Assembly: GCA_050175015.1 (NCBI GenBank) | Contig: JBFXJJ010000002.1 | Location: 32,001-96,000, forward strand | Length of the DNA stretch: 64,000 nt | Direction: 5' to 3' | From: Alphaproteobacteria bacterium | Lineage (GTDB): Bacteria > Pseudomonadota > Alphaproteobacteria > JBFXJJ01 | Part shown: positions 20,779 through 32,321 of the stretch, in pieces | Layout of the letters: every line of letters begins with the position of its first letter | Position numbering within the stretch: the stretch's first letter is position 1 | Program-made: the position numbers and the translations under genes | Notes under the pieces: generated by a model | Told to the model about the DNA's origin: nothing | Database searches by the model: none | Seen by the model: only the letters and a program-made list of their open reading frames with translations

Positions 20779-22461
20779 TTATTTGCGAACAAGCGGTTTA
20801 TACTTTATGCGGTGAGGTTGATCGGCATCAGCCCCTAAGCGGCGTTTTTTGTCGACCTCATAATCGGCATAGTTTCCTTCAAACCACACAACTTGAGAAT
20901 CACCCTCAAAAGCCAGAATATGCGTTGCTAACCTATCCAAAAACCAACGATCGTGCGAAGTGATTAAAACACAACCTGGGAAATCAATTAAGGCTTCCTC
21001 TAATGCTCTTAAGGTATCAACATCAAGGTCATTAGTCGGTTCGTCAAGCAGAATAACATTAGCGCCAGACTTAAGCATTTTAGCAAGATGAACACGGTTT
21101 CTTTCACCGCCAGAAAGCTGTCCGACTTTTTTCTGTTGATCGGCACCTTTGAAATTAAATCTGCCAACGTATGCCCTACTTGGCATTTTCCTTTTGCCGA
21201 GTTCTAATTCATCATATCCGTCAGATATTTCCTGCCATACGGTATTTTCGGCCTTTAAAGAATCACGGCTTTGGTCAACATAACCCAGCTTTACCGTATC
21301 TCCGATGCGAATATTTCCAGCATCAGGCGTTTCCTGACCTGTTATCATTCTCATAAGTGTTGTTTTACCCGCGCCGTTAGCGCCAATAATACCGACAATA
21401 GCTCCAGGAGGAATCTTAAAGTCAAGATTTTCAATTAAAAGACTCTTACTAAACCCTTTAGTTAATTCTTTGGCTTCGATAACTAAATCCCCAAGTCTTG
21501 GACCTTCCGGAATAACAATTTGAGCTTGCTCAATACCTTTTTTACCAGCCTCAGAAACTAAGTTTTCGAAAGCAGAAATACGAGCTTTGTTTTTTGCTTG
21601 TCGTGCTTTAGGACTTTTTCTAATCCATTCCAACTCTTCTTTAATAACTCTTTGCTTAGCATCTTCATCTCTAGTTTCTTGCAGCAATCTTTTTTGTTTT
21701 TGCTCAAGCCAAGAAGAGTAGTTGCCTTCGTAAGGTATGCCCTGACCTCTATCTAATTCAAGTATCCAGCCCGTTACATTATCAAGGAAGTATCTATCGT
21801 GGGTTACCAACACAACTGTGCCAGCATAATCTTGCAAATGTTTTTCTAACCACGCAACAGATTCAGCATCAAGATGGTTAGTTGGTTCATCAAGAAGAAG
21901 CATATCGGGCTTTTGCAAAAGCAAACGGCATAAAGCAACACGTCTGCGTTCACCACCTGACAATTTAGTTACATCAGCATCGCCCGAAGGACATCTTAAT
22001 GCGTCCATAGCAACTTCAATCGTTCTTTCAATGTCCCAGCCATCGCAGGCATCAATTTTTTCTTGCAGCTCAGCCTGTTCAGTGATGAGATTATTCATCT
22101 CGTCTTCACTTAATTCTTCAGCAAATTTAGCGCTTATTTCATCAAATTTGGCAAGCAGATCTCTTGTTTCAGCAACCCCGTCCATAACGTTGCCCATAAC
22201 ATTTTTTGATGGGTCAAGCTGTGGTTCTTGTTCAAGATAACCAACTTTCACACCATCTGCTGCCCAAGCTTCACCATTAAACTCTTTTTCAATGCCAGCC
22301 ATAATTTTTAACAAGGTACTTTTACCAGCACCGTTAGCACCTAAAACACCAATTTTGGCACCGGGTAAAAAAGAAAGGCTAATACCTTTAAATAATTCTC
22401 TTCCCGTAGAAAACGTTTTTGATAAATTTTGCATCACGAAAATATATTGATATGAAGCCAT
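20779..22461 (-). CDS. ettA: Energy-dependent translational throttle protein EttA (ABC-F)
   Basis: [21 protein letters not shown], two ABC cassettes, C-terminal [10 protein letters not shown]. Confidence 0.95.
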   Translation of the reverse strand: MASYQYIFVMQNLSKTFSTGRELFKGISLSFLPGAKIGVLGANGAGKSTLLKIMAGIEKEFNGEAWAADGVKVGYLEQEPQLDPSKNVMGNVMDGVAETRDLLAKFDEISAKFAEELSEDEMNNLITEQAELQEKIDACDGWDIERTIEVAMDALRCPSGDADVTKLSGGERRRVALCRLLLQKPDMLLLDEPTNHLDAESVAWLEKHLQDYAGTVVLVTHDRYFLDNVTGWILELDRGQGIPYEGNYSSWLEQKQKRLLQETRDEDAKQRVIKEELEWIRKSPKARQAKNKARISAFENLVSEAGKKGIEQAQIVIPEGPRLGDLVIEAKELTKGFSKSLLIENLDFKIPPGAIVGIIGANGAGKTTLMRMITGQETPDAGNIRIGDTVKLGYVDQSRDSLKAENTVWQEISDGYDELELGKRKMPSRAYVGRFNFKGADQQKKVGQLSGGERNRVHLAKMLKSGANVILLDEPTNDLDVDTLRALEEALIDFPGCVLITSHDRWFLDRLATHILAFEGDSQVVWFEGNYADYEVDKKRRLGADADQPHRIKYKPLVRK

Positions 22462-22746
22462 TTTTGTTTGTACCTTTAATTCTTTATAATTTGTTGTATT
22501 TTTAACTTACATAGTAATTAGTATAAAAACCAATAAATGTAAATGCTGATTAAGTTTTCTTAAAATCAGTTTATGGTCATTGCAAAAATTAATTGTTCTT
22601 TTTTCATAAAAGTTCCATTCTCGGAATTTGAATTGCTGATATTTTTTCGCTTATTTATTTTTAATAGTTTAAACAAGAGAATATATATTCAAGCGTTTAA
22701 ATCAACTTGTTTTACTTTTTTATATAAAATTTAGGAATTCCAATTT

Positions 22747-23631
22747 ATGTGTCTATTTTACTTCTTTCCTTTGCTTAGAGGGTTAGCGAGTGCCTTTATG
22801 CAAACTAATGATAAGCATATTTTAAGTAAATTGAAATTGAATGAAATGTTTGCCGCATTTTATAGAGTCTTCCTGCCTTCTTTAATTTTATCTTTGCCTT
22901 TATATTTTTTGGGAGAATATCATCATTTAAGCAATATAAAATTTATACAATATACATTAGCTAATGTTGCAGGAAACATTATAAATACACTGTTGTGGTA
23001 TTTTATTATTAAGAAATTCGATATATCTTATATAGCCATTATCAAAACAACACAGCCCTTTATATTTGCTGTAATTTCATTTTTTATTTTGGATGAAGTG
23101 TTAAGTAAAATAACTATTTTGGGTTTGTTTGCTGTTATTTTAGGTTCAATATTTCTTGAAAAAAGCAGATTAGAAAAAAACAAAAAATTTCGATTTATGA
23201 AATCAGGCTGGCCATTAATATTATTACAAATGATAATTGCCGGCATTATAACTAATTTCAGCAAAATGGCTGTATTAGAAACGTCTCCTTTAATTTATAT
23301 TTGGCTGAGATATTCAATTATGTCGTCAATATTTTATGTTCTGTATAAAATGAAATTTAATAAAAGAACTATGTTTAAAAAAGGCATTCAGAAAATAGAT
23401 AAGAAATATATTTTTCCCGCGAGTTTATCTGGTATCTTATTATTAATTTCTACAATTTGTGAAATGTATGCTCTAAAATTTTTACCAATAAGCATTGTAG
23501 AAACAATTACCAGATTTGATTTAATTATTTTGTTAATAATCGAATATAAATTCATAACTAAAAGAATCAACAAAACAAGAATTGCTTCTGCACTGCTGGT
23601 TATGATTGGTATTATTTTGACTTCTTGTTAA
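22747..23631 (+). CDS. DMT/EamA family transporter
   Basis: About ten hydrophobic segments in two similar halves; very AT-rich. Confidence 0.7.
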   Translation: MCLFYFFPLLRGLASAFMQTNDKHILSKLKLNEMFAAFYRVFLPSLILSLPLYFLGEYHHLSNIKFIQYTLANVAGNIINTLLWYFIIKKFDISYIAIIKTTQPFIFAVISFFILDEVLSKITILGLFAVILGSIFLEKSRLEKNKKFRFMKSGWPLILLQMIIAGIITNFSKMAVLETSPLIYIWLRYSIMSSIFYVLYKMKFNKRTMFKKGIQKIDKKYIFPASLSGILLLISTICEMYALKFLPISIVETITRFDLIILLIIEYKFITKRINKTRIASALLVMIGIILTSC

Positions 23632-23633
23632 AT

Positions 23634-23666
23634 AAAAAAAGTCTCTTAATAATAAAGAGACTTTTT
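23634..23666. terminator. Bidirectional terminator between DMT and tRNA-Ile
   Basis: AAAAAGTCTCTT...AAGAGACTTTTT. Confidence 0.75.
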
Positions 23667-23670
23667 AAAA

Positions 23671-23747
23671 TGGTGGGCCCTGTAGGACTCGAACCTACGA
23701 CCAGACCGTTATGAGCGGCCTGCTCTAACCAACTGAGCTAAGGGCCC
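23671..23747 (-). tRNA. tRNA-Ile2 (CAU, lysidine type)
   Basis: GGGCCCTTAGCTCAGTTGGTTAGAGCAGGCCGCTCATAACGGTCTGGTCGTAGGTTCGAGTCCTACAGGGCCCACCA; G1-C72 paired so not initiator; directly downstream of rpoD like E. coli ileX. Confidence 0.88.
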
Positions 23748-23826
23748 AATTTTTAACAGCTTTAAAATAAAGCCATTAATATTTCCTGAGCAAAAAAACT
23801 CAAGAATTGACTTTTTAATCGAGACT

Positions 23827-25932
23827 TCATGAATTGTCAAGAAAACTACGTAACTTTCTTGAACGGCTCGGGTGTTTTAATTTACGCAATGCTTTAGCTT
23901 CAATCTGACGAATACGTTCACGAGTAACAGAAAACTGCTGTCCAACCTCTTCCAAAGTGTGATCGGTATTCATACCAATACCAAAACGCATACGTAAAAC
24001 ACGCTCTTCACGAGGAGTAAGTGAAGCTAAAATTCTTGTTGTTGTCTCTCTTAAGTTAGAGTGAATTGCAGCTTCTAATGGCTGAATGGCATTTTTATCT
24101 TCGATAAAATCTCCGATTTGAGAATCTTCTTCATCACCAACGGGGGTTTCCAAACTTATAGGTTCTTTAGCAATTTTCATTACTTTGCGAACCTTATCCA
24201 AAGGCATAGAAAGTTTTTCTGCCAATTCTTCTGGCGTTGGCTCTCTACCTATTTCGTGAAGCATTTGTCTTGAAGTTCTAACTAATTTATTAATGGTTTC
24301 AATCATATGAACAGGAATACGGATAGTTCTTGCCTGATCAGCAATAGAACGGGTGATAGCCTGTCTAATCCACCAAGTTGCATAAGTTGAGAACTTATAG
24401 CCTCTGCGATATTCAAACTTATCCACAGCTTTCATCAAACCGATGTTGCCTTCTTGAATTAAATCCAAAAACTGCAAACCGCGATTAGTATATTTCTTGG
24501 CAATAGAAATAACGAGTCTAAGGTTAGCCTCAATCATTTCTTTTTTAGCCCTACTCGCTTCACGCTCACCTTTTTGTACGGTTGCAACAACACGGCGGTA
24601 TTCTGTGATAGCAAGTCCAGTTTCTTCTGAAAGCTTAAGTATCGCATCACGAATTGCGGTAACTTCATCGTTATGTTCAGAATAGAAATTTTTCCAATTT
24701 TTACCACCCTTTTTGGCGGCTTTTTCTAACCATGCTGGGTCAAGTTCAGAATCATGGTATGCTCTTAGAAAATCTTCTCTTTTAATCTTGCATTCCATAG
24801 CTAAACGGAGAAGTTTTCCTTCTAATGTTATCAATCTTTTATTGGTATCATTAAGTTGCTCAACCAGTTGTTCAATTCTAACATTGTTAAGATGAATACT
24901 ATCTAACAGCAAAACCAAATCTTGTCTGATTTTTTTATATTTCTTTTCTATTGCGGCAGTTGGTTGTTTGCCTTTTAAAATAAAAACTAAGCGCTGCTCT
25001 TGGATTTTACGCAAAGCATCATAAGAACTAGCGATTTTTTCCAAATTTTCTTTAACAGGTTCAATTAATTTTTCTTCCATTTGAGTAATAGAAACAGAAG
25101 GACGGTCTTCATCATAATCGTCATCTTCTTCGCTTTCATCACCCTCTTTACCATCAAAATCTTCGTCATCGCTCTCTTCATCATCAGAAGTTTCGTCTTC
25201 TTCCTCGTCTTCTTCAATGATATCACCACCGACAACGACTTCATCATCATCTAAATCATCACTGATTTCGTCATCATCGTCTTCTTCAGAAACAACAACA
25301 TTATCAATGGATTCTTCAACTGTATTGTCACTATCATCATCAGAGAGTTGGTCAAAGGAGGGCTCGGCTCCATATGTAGCATCAAGATCAATAATATCTC
25401 TTAAAAGCATATCGCCGTTATCTAAGGCATCTTTCCATTTTCCAAGAGCCATAAGAGTCATAGGACTTTCGCAAAGTCCGCCAATCAACGTCGACTTTCC
25501 AGCCTCTATTCTCTTTGCTATAGCGATTTCACCTTCACGAGAAAGGAGCTCAACAGATCCCATTTCTCTAAGGTACATACGAACAGGATCATCGGTTTTA
25601 ACCATATCCTTTTCGTCATAATTACCTGCTTCATCGTCTTCTTCAACATCATCAACTTCAGCAGGAGCATCACCGTCTTCGAAGTCTTCGGCATTTTCCA
25701 CAATGCTAAGCCCCATATCTGAGACCATTGCCATAAAATCTTCGATTTTTTCAGAGCTTTCCTTATCAGATGGCAAAGCATTATTAAGTTCATCAACCGT
25801 AACATAGCCACGTTCTTTGCCTTTAGCTAAAAGTTTTTTAACTGCAGACCCTAAAGAATCTATGAGCGGACGATCTGATGAATAACTATCTACATCGCTT
25901 CTTTCAATATTGTCTTCATCACGATTAGACAT
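23827..25932 (-). CDS. rpoD: RNA polymerase sigma factor RpoD
   Basis: [56 protein letters not shown]. Confidence 0.98.
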   Translation of the reverse strand: MSNRDEDNIERSDVDSYSSDRPLIDSLGSAVKKLLAKGKERGYVTVDELNNALPSDKESSEKIEDFMAMVSDMGLSIVENAEDFEDGDAPAEVDDVEEDDEAGNYDEKDMVKTDDPVRMYLREMGSVELLSREGEIAIAKRIEAGKSTLIGGLCESPMTLMALGKWKDALDNGDMLLRDIIDLDATYGAEPSFDQLSDDDSDNTVEESIDNVVVSEEDDDDEISDDLDDDEVVVGGDIIEEDEEEDETSDDEESDDEDFDGKEGDESEEDDDYDEDRPSVSITQMEEKLIEPVKENLEKIASSYDALRKIQEQRLVFILKGKQPTAAIEKKYKKIRQDLVLLLDSIHLNNVRIEQLVEQLNDTNKRLITLEGKLLRLAMECKIKREDFLRAYHDSELDPAWLEKAAKKGGKNWKNFYSEHNDEVTAIRDAILKLSEETGLAITEYRRVVATVQKGEREASRAKKEMIEANLRLVISIAKKYTNRGLQFLDLIQEGNIGLMKAVDKFEYRRGYKFSTYATWWIRQAITRSIADQARTIRIPVHMIETINKLVRTSRQMLHEIGREPTPEELAEKLSMPLDKVRKVMKIAKEPISLETPVGDEEDSQIGDFIEDKNAIQPLEAAIHSNLRETTTRILASLTPREERVLRMRFGIGMNTDHTLEEVGQQFSVTRERIRQIEAKALRKLKHPSRSRKLRSFLDNS

Positions 25933-26106
25933 CTACCTTTAGCTCCTTAAAAAATAAACTTAGTTTCGATTATTTAACCTGAACTGTGTGATTTAGCACT
26001 CTATTGTTATATTTTTTTGAAAATTTATGCTACAACTACCCAAAGCATACTCGTTTACGACTTCTATGCAACATTTGTCAACAATGTTTTTTTTCAAAAA
26101 CTTATC

Positions 26107-27882
26107 CTAATTACTGTCCTTGTTTTGAAGCCGCTCTTTTTCGTTATGTAGAGCCAAAAACCTCTCATAATCATCTCTCGTAATTTTTTCTTCTTTACTG
26201 CTCAAAAGAGCTGCTAACTGCTCTCTTTCTTTATTTATTAAGTTTTCTTCAATCGAATCGAGTCCTTTTTTTATTTCTTCCGCAATATAATCTTGAGAAA
26301 CGTCTTTAAATTTCTTTTTATAAATACTGATGTCAACTGCCATAAGGCTTAAGGCTTCGCTAAAACCCTGCTCAATAAGACGCTTTTCTAAAGTTTCATC
26401 CTCTTCTAAATTCAAAGAGGAAAGAGCTTCAACCAGAGACGGCATCATCTTGATTAAAGATACATCTATCGGCTTAATTGCAGAAAAACGCTCGAGCCAT
26501 CTTAATGCCGCTTTAGGATAAAGAACCGCCAGTGATATTAGGTTTCTAGTATCTATTTGCTCTGGCAAAATACCTTTGCCCTTAAAAGAGGGAGCAGCTT
26601 TTTGTTTGGTTCTTGAGTTTTTAATATAGTTCTCAAAAAATTTATTTTTCAATTCTCTAAGATAGTTAGATTTCACCAAGCTATCTTTTATTAAATTGGT
26701 TTCATTAATTATGTCTTGCTCTAACAAGGCTTTCTGTTCTGGAGTTTTTACTTTGCGCTCTTTAGTTAATTTGCCCCAAACAACCTCAAACAAAGGAATT
26801 GCCTCTTCTAACAACCTTAAAAAGGCATCTTTGCCCCTGACTTTAACAAAATCATCCGGATCCTCGCCTTCGGGTAAGGTAACAAACTTTAAAGAGTTGC
26901 CAACTTTCAAAATAGGAAGAGCTCTATCCGTTGCTCGAAGCATTGCTCTTTGGCCGGCCTCATCGCCATCAAAACAAACGGTAGGCTCTGAGCAAAAACG
27001 CCACAAAAGCATCATCTGCTCCTCGGTTAGTGCTGTTCCCAATGGCGCAACAGCATTTGAGATGCCCGAGTTATGCAACGCTATAACGTCCATATAACCT
27101 TCACAGATGACCGCATTTTTTGTTGCAACAATTCCATCACGAGCTTTGTTTAAGGAATAAAGCACTCGGCCTTTGCTAAATAGTGCGGTATCGGGTGAAT
27201 TCAAATATTTAGGCTGGCTATCGTCCATAACTCTGCCGCCAAAAGCTATAATCCTGCCCTTTATATCCATAATAGGGAACATTACCCTATTTCTAAAATA
27301 ATCAAAAGGATTGCCATCTCGGTCAGAAATTAAGATTAAGCCGCAATCTATACCTTGTTTTATGTCAATGTTTTCATCAGCAAAAAACTTTCTTAAAGCA
27401 TTTCCATGAGGGGCATAACCTAATCTAAAATTTTTAATTATCTTTTCAGAAAGACCTCTTTTTTTCAGATAACGCAGCCCTTCACTGCCATTTGACATTT
27501 CAAGCTGTTTTTCAAAAAACAAGCACGCCTTTTCCATAACTTCATAAAGGTCTGTAATCTTGCGAGTTTTTTCTTTACTCTCGAGTGTCTGTTTGGGAAC
27601 CTCTAACCCAGCTTCTTTGGCTAGGCTTTCAATTGCCTCCATAAAAGACAATCCATTAGCCTGCATTTCAAAAGAGATAACATCACCGTGAGCACCGCAA
27701 CCGAAACAATGGTAGAACCCCTTATCATCTCTAACCGTGAAAGATGGCGTTTTCTCATTATGAAACGGACATAGCCCAAGGTAATCCCGCCCTCTTTTTG
27801 CCAGTTTTACTTTACGGGCAACAACAGAATGCAGCGAGACTCTATTTCTAATCTCTTCTAAAAAATTGGCATCAAAACTCAT
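26107..27882 (-). CDS. dnaG: DNA primase
   Basis: CPFHNEKTPSF...CFGC zinc finger, KYLNSP, EGYMDV, FDGDEAG. Confidence 0.97.
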   Translation of the reverse strand: MSFDANFLEEIRNRVSLHSVVARKVKLAKRGRDYLGLCPFHNEKTPSFTVRDDKGFYHCFGCGAHGDVISFEMQANGLSFMEAIESLAKEAGLEVPKQTLESKEKTRKITDLYEVMEKACLFFEKQLEMSNGSEGLRYLKKRGLSEKIIKNFRLGYAPHGNALRKFFADENIDIKQGIDCGLILISDRDGNPFDYFRNRVMFPIMDIKGRIIAFGGRVMDDSQPKYLNSPDTALFSKGRVLYSLNKARDGIVATKNAVICEGYMDVIALHNSGISNAVAPLGTALTEEQMMLLWRFCSEPTVCFDGDEAGQRAMLRATDRALPILKVGNSLKFVTLPEGEDPDDFVKVRGKDAFLRLLEEAIPLFEVVWGKLTKERKVKTPEQKALLEQDIINETNLIKDSLVKSNYLRELKNKFFENYIKNSRTKQKAAPSFKGKGILPEQIDTRNLISLAVLYPKAALRWLERFSAIKPIDVSLIKMMPSLVEALSSLNLEEDETLEKRLIEQGFSEALSLMAVDISIYKKKFKDVSQDYIAEEIKKGLDSIEENLINKEREQLAALLSSKEEKITRDDYERFLALHNEKERLQNKDSN

Positions 27883-27912
27883 AAAATTAATACTTGCTTA
27901 AAAATGCATGCC

Positions 27913-28371
27913 TTAAGCTGAGAGTTTTTCTTTAATAAGTCCAGAAGCCTTGGCAAAATCCATTTGACCCGCATATTTATGACGCAGCTCAGCCATAACT
28001 TTGCCCATATCTTTAATCGATTTTGCATCGACTTCCATTATTGTCGATGAAATAGCGGAAACCACCTCATCTTCATCAAGCTGTTTCGGCAAAAAGTCTT
28101 TTATAATATCTATTTCTTTGGTTTCATTATCAACTAAATCTTGGCGGCCGCCTTTTTTATACATTTCGATACTATCGAGTCTTTGCTTAACCATTGACTG
28201 TAAGAGTTGTAAGATTTCCTCATCTTTAAGACCATCTTCATCACCCTTGCCTCTGGCTGCAATGTCGCGGTCTTTAATTGCCGCATTAATAAGTCTAAGT
28301 GTTGATACTTTCTTTTCTTCACGGCTTTTCATTGCATCTTTTAATGATGCCATAATTTGTTCACGAAGCAT
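27913..28371 (-). CDS. GatB/YqeY domain protein
   Basis: LKDAMK...LRLI, YKKGGRQDL, KDMGKVM. Confidence 0.92.
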   Translation of the reverse strand: MLREQIMASLKDAMKSREEKKVSTLRLINAAIKDRDIAARGKGDEDGLKDEEILQLLQSMVKQRLDSIEMYKKGGRQDLVDNETKEIDIIKDFLPKQLDEDEVVSAISSTIMEVDAKSIKDMGKVMAELRHKYAGQMDFAKASGLIKEKLSA

Positions 28372-28455
28372 AATTATTCTCCTTAAAAAGCTTTATAATT
28401 GTTTTTAGTGATTTTTATTTAAATGTAATAATAAATCAACATTAATATTCCACAC

Positions 28456-28529
28456 TTGAAGTTTTTATAAATTAATGTTTATAATATTTAAGACTGTGAG
28501 GTTTCGAAGCCCACAGTTTTACTTTTTTT
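28456..28529 (+). promoter_or_regulatory. greA promoter and leader terminator hairpin
   Basis: TTGAAG-N18-TATAAT, then ACTGTGAGGTTTCGAAGCCCACAGT stem-loop plus T-run, 65 nt before the greA ATG. Confidence 0.6.
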
Positions 28530-28594
28530 AATTTTATATTGTTTCTCTTCTTTTTAGAAAAGCAATTATTAAAAATTTGAGGTTATTTTAAATT

Positions 28595-29065
28595 ATGGAA
28601 AAGATACCTATGACCCGTGAAGGTTTTGAGGCTTTGGAAAAAGAATTAAAAACTCTTAAGTATAAAACCCGACCTGAAATAATTAACGCCATTGCTGAAG
28701 CTAGAGAGCACGGCGATTTATCTGAGAATGCCGAATACAGTGCAGCCAAAGAACGTCAAAGCTTTACTGAAGGCAGAATTCGCGAATTAGAATCTGCAAT
28801 TAGCCGAGCTGAAGTGATTGATGTTAAAAGTTTATCCGGAAACAGCGTAAAATTTGGGGCTATTGTTATTTTGGCTGATGAAGAAACTGACGAAGAATCA
28901 ACCTATACCATAGTCGGCGACTACGAAGCCGATTTAAAAAAAGGAAGAGTATCCTTAAGCTCTCCTATTGCTAAAGCCCTTATCGGCAAAGAAATCGGAG
29001 ATTCCGTTGATGTTGCTGCTCCTGGCGGCATAAAAACCTACGAAATTTTATCCGTAAAATATTAA
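28595..29065 (+). CDS. greA: Transcription elongation factor GreA
   Basis: [23 protein letters not shown]. Confidence 0.97.
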   Translation: MEKIPMTREGFEALEKELKTLKYKTRPEIINAIAEAREHGDLSENAEYSAAKERQSFTEGRIRELESAISRAEVIDVKSLSGNSVKFGAIVILADEETDEESTYTIVGDYEADLKKGRVSLSSPIAKALIGKEIGDSVDVAAPGGIKTYEILSVKY

Positions 29066-29105
29066 TAAAAATAAAACCATATAAAATTAGGAATTTAAGA
29101 AAGCT

Positions 29106-30044
29106 ATGACTGAACATCATCTGCCATTATTGATTATTGGTTCTGGAGCAGCAGGTTTAACATCGGCCATTTATGCTGCTAGAGCAAATTTGAAACCAAC
29201 TTTAATTACAGGAATGCAAACTGGCGGCCAGTTAACAATAACAACAGATGTTGAAAATTTTCCAGGGTTTCCTGACGCAGTATCAGGTTCTGAATTAATG
29301 TCAAGAATTGAACAACAGGCAAGAAATGTTGGAGCATCAATTATAAATGACACTATTATTAAGGCTGATTTAAGCCGCAGACCTTTTATATTAACAGGTG
29401 ATTCTGGAGATATTTATAATGCTGAAGCTCTAATTATTGCAACTGGAGCGTCAGCTAAATGGCTTGGAATTCCTTCTGAAAAGAAATTTATGGGCTTTGG
29501 TGTTTCGGGCTGCGCAACTTGCGATGGCTTTTTCTATCGCAACAAGGAAGTATGTGTTGTTGGCGGCGGGAATACTGCGGTTGAAGAAGCCCTTTATCTT
29601 GCTAATATTGCATCAAAAGTTACCCTCATTCACCGTAGAGATGAATTAAGGGCAGAAAAAATTATGCAAAAACGACTTTTAGAAAATCCTAAAATAGAAG
29701 CCTGCTGGAACAGTGTTGTGGAAGAAATAATTGGTGACGAAAACCCCTTGGGCGTAACAGGCGTTAAAGTCAAAAATGTTAAAACGCAAGAAATTTCAAC
29801 CATAAAAGCTGACGGTGTCTTTATTGCTATCGGACACAAACCTAATACTGATGCCTTTAAAGATTTTCTTAAACTAGATGAAACGGGGTATATCATTACC
29901 GAAGCAAAATCTACTGCAACGTCTGTTAAAGGAGTCTTTGCCGCAGGCGATGTCCAAGACAGCAAATTCCGTCAGGCGGTAACCGCAGCAGGAACAGGTT
30001 GTATGGCCGCTATTGAAGCTGATGCCTTTCTTGCCGAAAATTAA
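29106..30044 (+). CDS. trxB: Thioredoxin reductase
   Basis: IIGSGAAG, CATCDG, GGGNTAVEEA, FRQAVTAAGTG. Confidence 0.96.
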   Translation: MTEHHLPLLIIGSGAAGLTSAIYAARANLKPTLITGMQTGGQLTITTDVENFPGFPDAVSGSELMSRIEQQARNVGASIINDTIIKADLSRRPFILTGDSGDIYNAEALIIATGASAKWLGIPSEKKFMGFGVSGCATCDGFFYRNKEVCVVGGGNTAVEEALYLANIASKVTLIHRRDELRAEKIMQKRLLENPKIEACWNSVVEEIIGDENPLGVTGVKVKNVKTQEISTIKADGVFIAIGHKPNTDAFKDFLKLDETGYIITEAKSTATSVKGVFAAGDVQDSKFRQAVTAAGTGCMAAIEADAFLAEN

Positions 30045-30059
30045 ATATCCTAACAAAAC

Positions 30060-30088
30060 AAATGGCAGAGTATAATCCTCTGCCATTT
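30060..30088 (+). terminator. Intrinsic terminator
   Basis: AAATGGCAGAG...CTCTGCCATTT. Confidence 0.75.
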
Positions 30089-30525
30089 ATTGTTAACCTA
30101 TCATGTTAGATTCTATAAAAAAACAACCAAAACAAGTATATATAACCAACTAAGAACAGATTCGCTTATTAAAAACAATCACGTATTTTGAATATGAATT
30201 TAAAAAACATATTTATTTAAATTATACCCTTTTTGATATTGCATCTCTCTGAATTAATCTGACTATTACTTCAAACATTATTACAAAAGCGTGTTTTATT
30301 TAACTAAAATTACTTTAAGTTTTCATCTTAAAGCAAAAGCTTTGTTTCAACTAAAAATCATACTTAGTCTCATCTAAAGCAACACTTAGTTTTATTAAAA
30401 TATCTTTATCAAAAAATCTTTTACCTTTTTTTCCGATTTTGCTTTCTTTTTCAAAAAAAAAGAGTACATCAAAGGGGCAATTTTTTGCTTATAAAAAACA
30501 ACCTCTAAAATAAGAATTTAATAAA

Positions 30526-32214
30526 ATGAACAAACTTCTGTCTTTTGACTTCTGGAAAGAATTTTTACCAAAATCAATCAGCGTCTGGCGCTATGGATAT
30601 ACTTTAAAAGATTTAAAAAAAGATATTCTTTCTGGCTTTACCGTTTCAATCGTTGCCCTTCCCCTTTCGATGGCTCTTGCTATTGCTTCGGGAACGACGC
30701 CTGACAAAGGACTTTTCACAGCTATTGTTGCAGGATTTATAATATCAGCAATCGGAGGCAGTCGTTTTCAAATCGGAGGCCCAACGGGAGCTTTTGTTGT
30801 TCTCGTGTTTGAAACTATTCAAAAGCACGGCTATGAAGGCCTTGCCATTACAACTATTATGGCAGGGATTATTCTTGTTATTTCTGCCCTTTTAAGAATT
30901 GGACGATATATTAAGTATATTCCATACCCTGTTATTACTGGTTTCACATCTGGCATTGCTCTAATTATTTTTACAACCCAGATTAATGATATTTTTGGTT
31001 TCGGCATTAAAAACCAACCTGATAATTTTTTCTTAAAATGGCTGGTTTATTTTAAAAATCTTGGAAACATTCATTATCCAACATTTTTAATAGCAATACT
31101 AACTCTTGCTATCATTGTTGCTGTTAGAAAATTCAAGCCTTTGTGGCCTTCGTTTCTAATCGGTATGATTATCTCAACTCTTGTATGCCATTTTTTACAT
31201 CTTGATATTGCGACTATTGGTTCTAAATTCGGAGATATTCCCTCATCTCTTCCTACCCCTTCGCTGCCGCAAAATATCACCATTGACCGAATTAAAATTT
31301 TATTCCCTGATGCCTGCATTATAGCTTTCCTGGCAGGAATTGAATCCTTGCTTTCAGCTATTGTTGCTGACGGAATGACAGGAAGCAAACACCGCTCTAA
31401 TTGTGAACTTTTGGCTCAAGGTATCGCCAATATTATCGCCCCAATATTTGGAGGGATACCCGCAACTGGTGCGATTGCAAGAACTGCAACCAATATAAAG
31501 TCAGGAGCGCGTTCACCTTTTTCTGGTATGTTTCACGCCTTATTCATTCTGCTTTTTATGATGTTTTTAGCTCCTTTAGCTAAACATATTCCGCTTGCTG
31601 TACTCGGAGCTATTTTGGTCATTGTGGCTTGGAATATGAGCGAGATTAACCACTTTAGAAATATTATGATTGCACCTCGAGGCGATAGTATGGTTTTGCT
31701 GGCAACTTTTATTCTCACCGTTGCAATCGATTTAACCTTTGCCATAAAAACAGGGGTTATATTATCAGCAATAGTCTTTATGCATAGAATGTCACAAGCG
31801 ATTGACCTAAAATCTTTTATTACACCTATTAATAAGGACAACGTCTTTTATCAACCTAATTTTGATGCCTATAGCACGCTTGAAATGCCTGAAGGTGTAG
31901 AAGCTTTTAAACTAAGAGGGCCTCTGTTTTTTGGTGTAAGCGCCCATATTGTTGATATGATAAACAATATTTCTCACCCAAGAACCTTAATTATTGCTCT
32001 TGACGATGTTCCTTTTGTTGATATTAGTGCTGAAAACTCACTTAGTATTCTTATTAAAAAATGCAAAGAGCAAAAAATTAATATTGTTATTTCAAGTAAT
32101 ACAGCTCAAGTTACGAAAAGTGCTAAAAAAGCTGTCGTTAAAACAGGACACGGCAGCAAGGTTACTTATGCTAAGAACTTTGATAAAGCTATAAAGCTTG
32201 CCCAAAAGTTATAA
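30526..32214 (+). CDS. SulP family anion transporter with STAS domain
   Basis: VALPLSMALAIASG, QIGGPTGAF, GGIPATGAIARTA, GPLFFG. Confidence 0.93.
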   Translation: MNKLLSFDFWKEFLPKSISVWRYGYTLKDLKKDILSGFTVSIVALPLSMALAIASGTTPDKGLFTAIVAGFIISAIGGSRFQIGGPTGAFVVLVFETIQKHGYEGLAITTIMAGIILVISALLRIGRYIKYIPYPVITGFTSGIALIIFTTQINDIFGFGIKNQPDNFFLKWLVYFKNLGNIHYPTFLIAILTLAIIVAVRKFKPLWPSFLIGMIISTLVCHFLHLDIATIGSKFGDIPSSLPTPSLPQNITIDRIKILFPDACIIAFLAGIESLLSAIVADGMTGSKHRSNCELLAQGIANIIAPIFGGIPATGAIARTATNIKSGARSPFSGMFHALFILLFMMFLAPLAKHIPLAVLGAILVIVAWNMSEINHFRNIMIAPRGDSMVLLATFILTVAIDLTFAIKTGVILSAIVFMHRMSQAIDLKSFITPINKDNVFYQPNFDAYSTLEMPEGVEAFKLRGPLFFGVSAHIVDMINNISHPRTLIIALDDVPFVDISAENSLSILIKKCKEQKINIVISSNTAQVTKSAKKAVVKTGHGSKVTYAKNFDKAIKLAQKL

Positions 32215-32321
32215 AATAAACCCATAGACCATATAAAGTGATCTATGGGTTTAAAAACTAAGAAATAACTTTGCTTTTATAATTCTATGTTTTTTAAATT
32301 ATATCTTTGTAGGCATATAAT

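Noticed and set aside
23671-23747. tRNA-Met/fMet call from the CAT anticodon
   Set aside because: No C1:A72 mismatch or GGG/CCC anticodon stem; sequence and rpoD linkage fit Ile2 better, though elongator Met is not fully excluded
25080-25360. Asp/Glu low-complexity repeat in rpoD
   Set aside because: Normal acidic non-conserved region of proteobacterial sigma-70
30310-30390. Weak direct repeat (TCATCT..AAAGCAA) upstream of SulP
   Set aside because: Only two degenerate copies in AT-rich DNA
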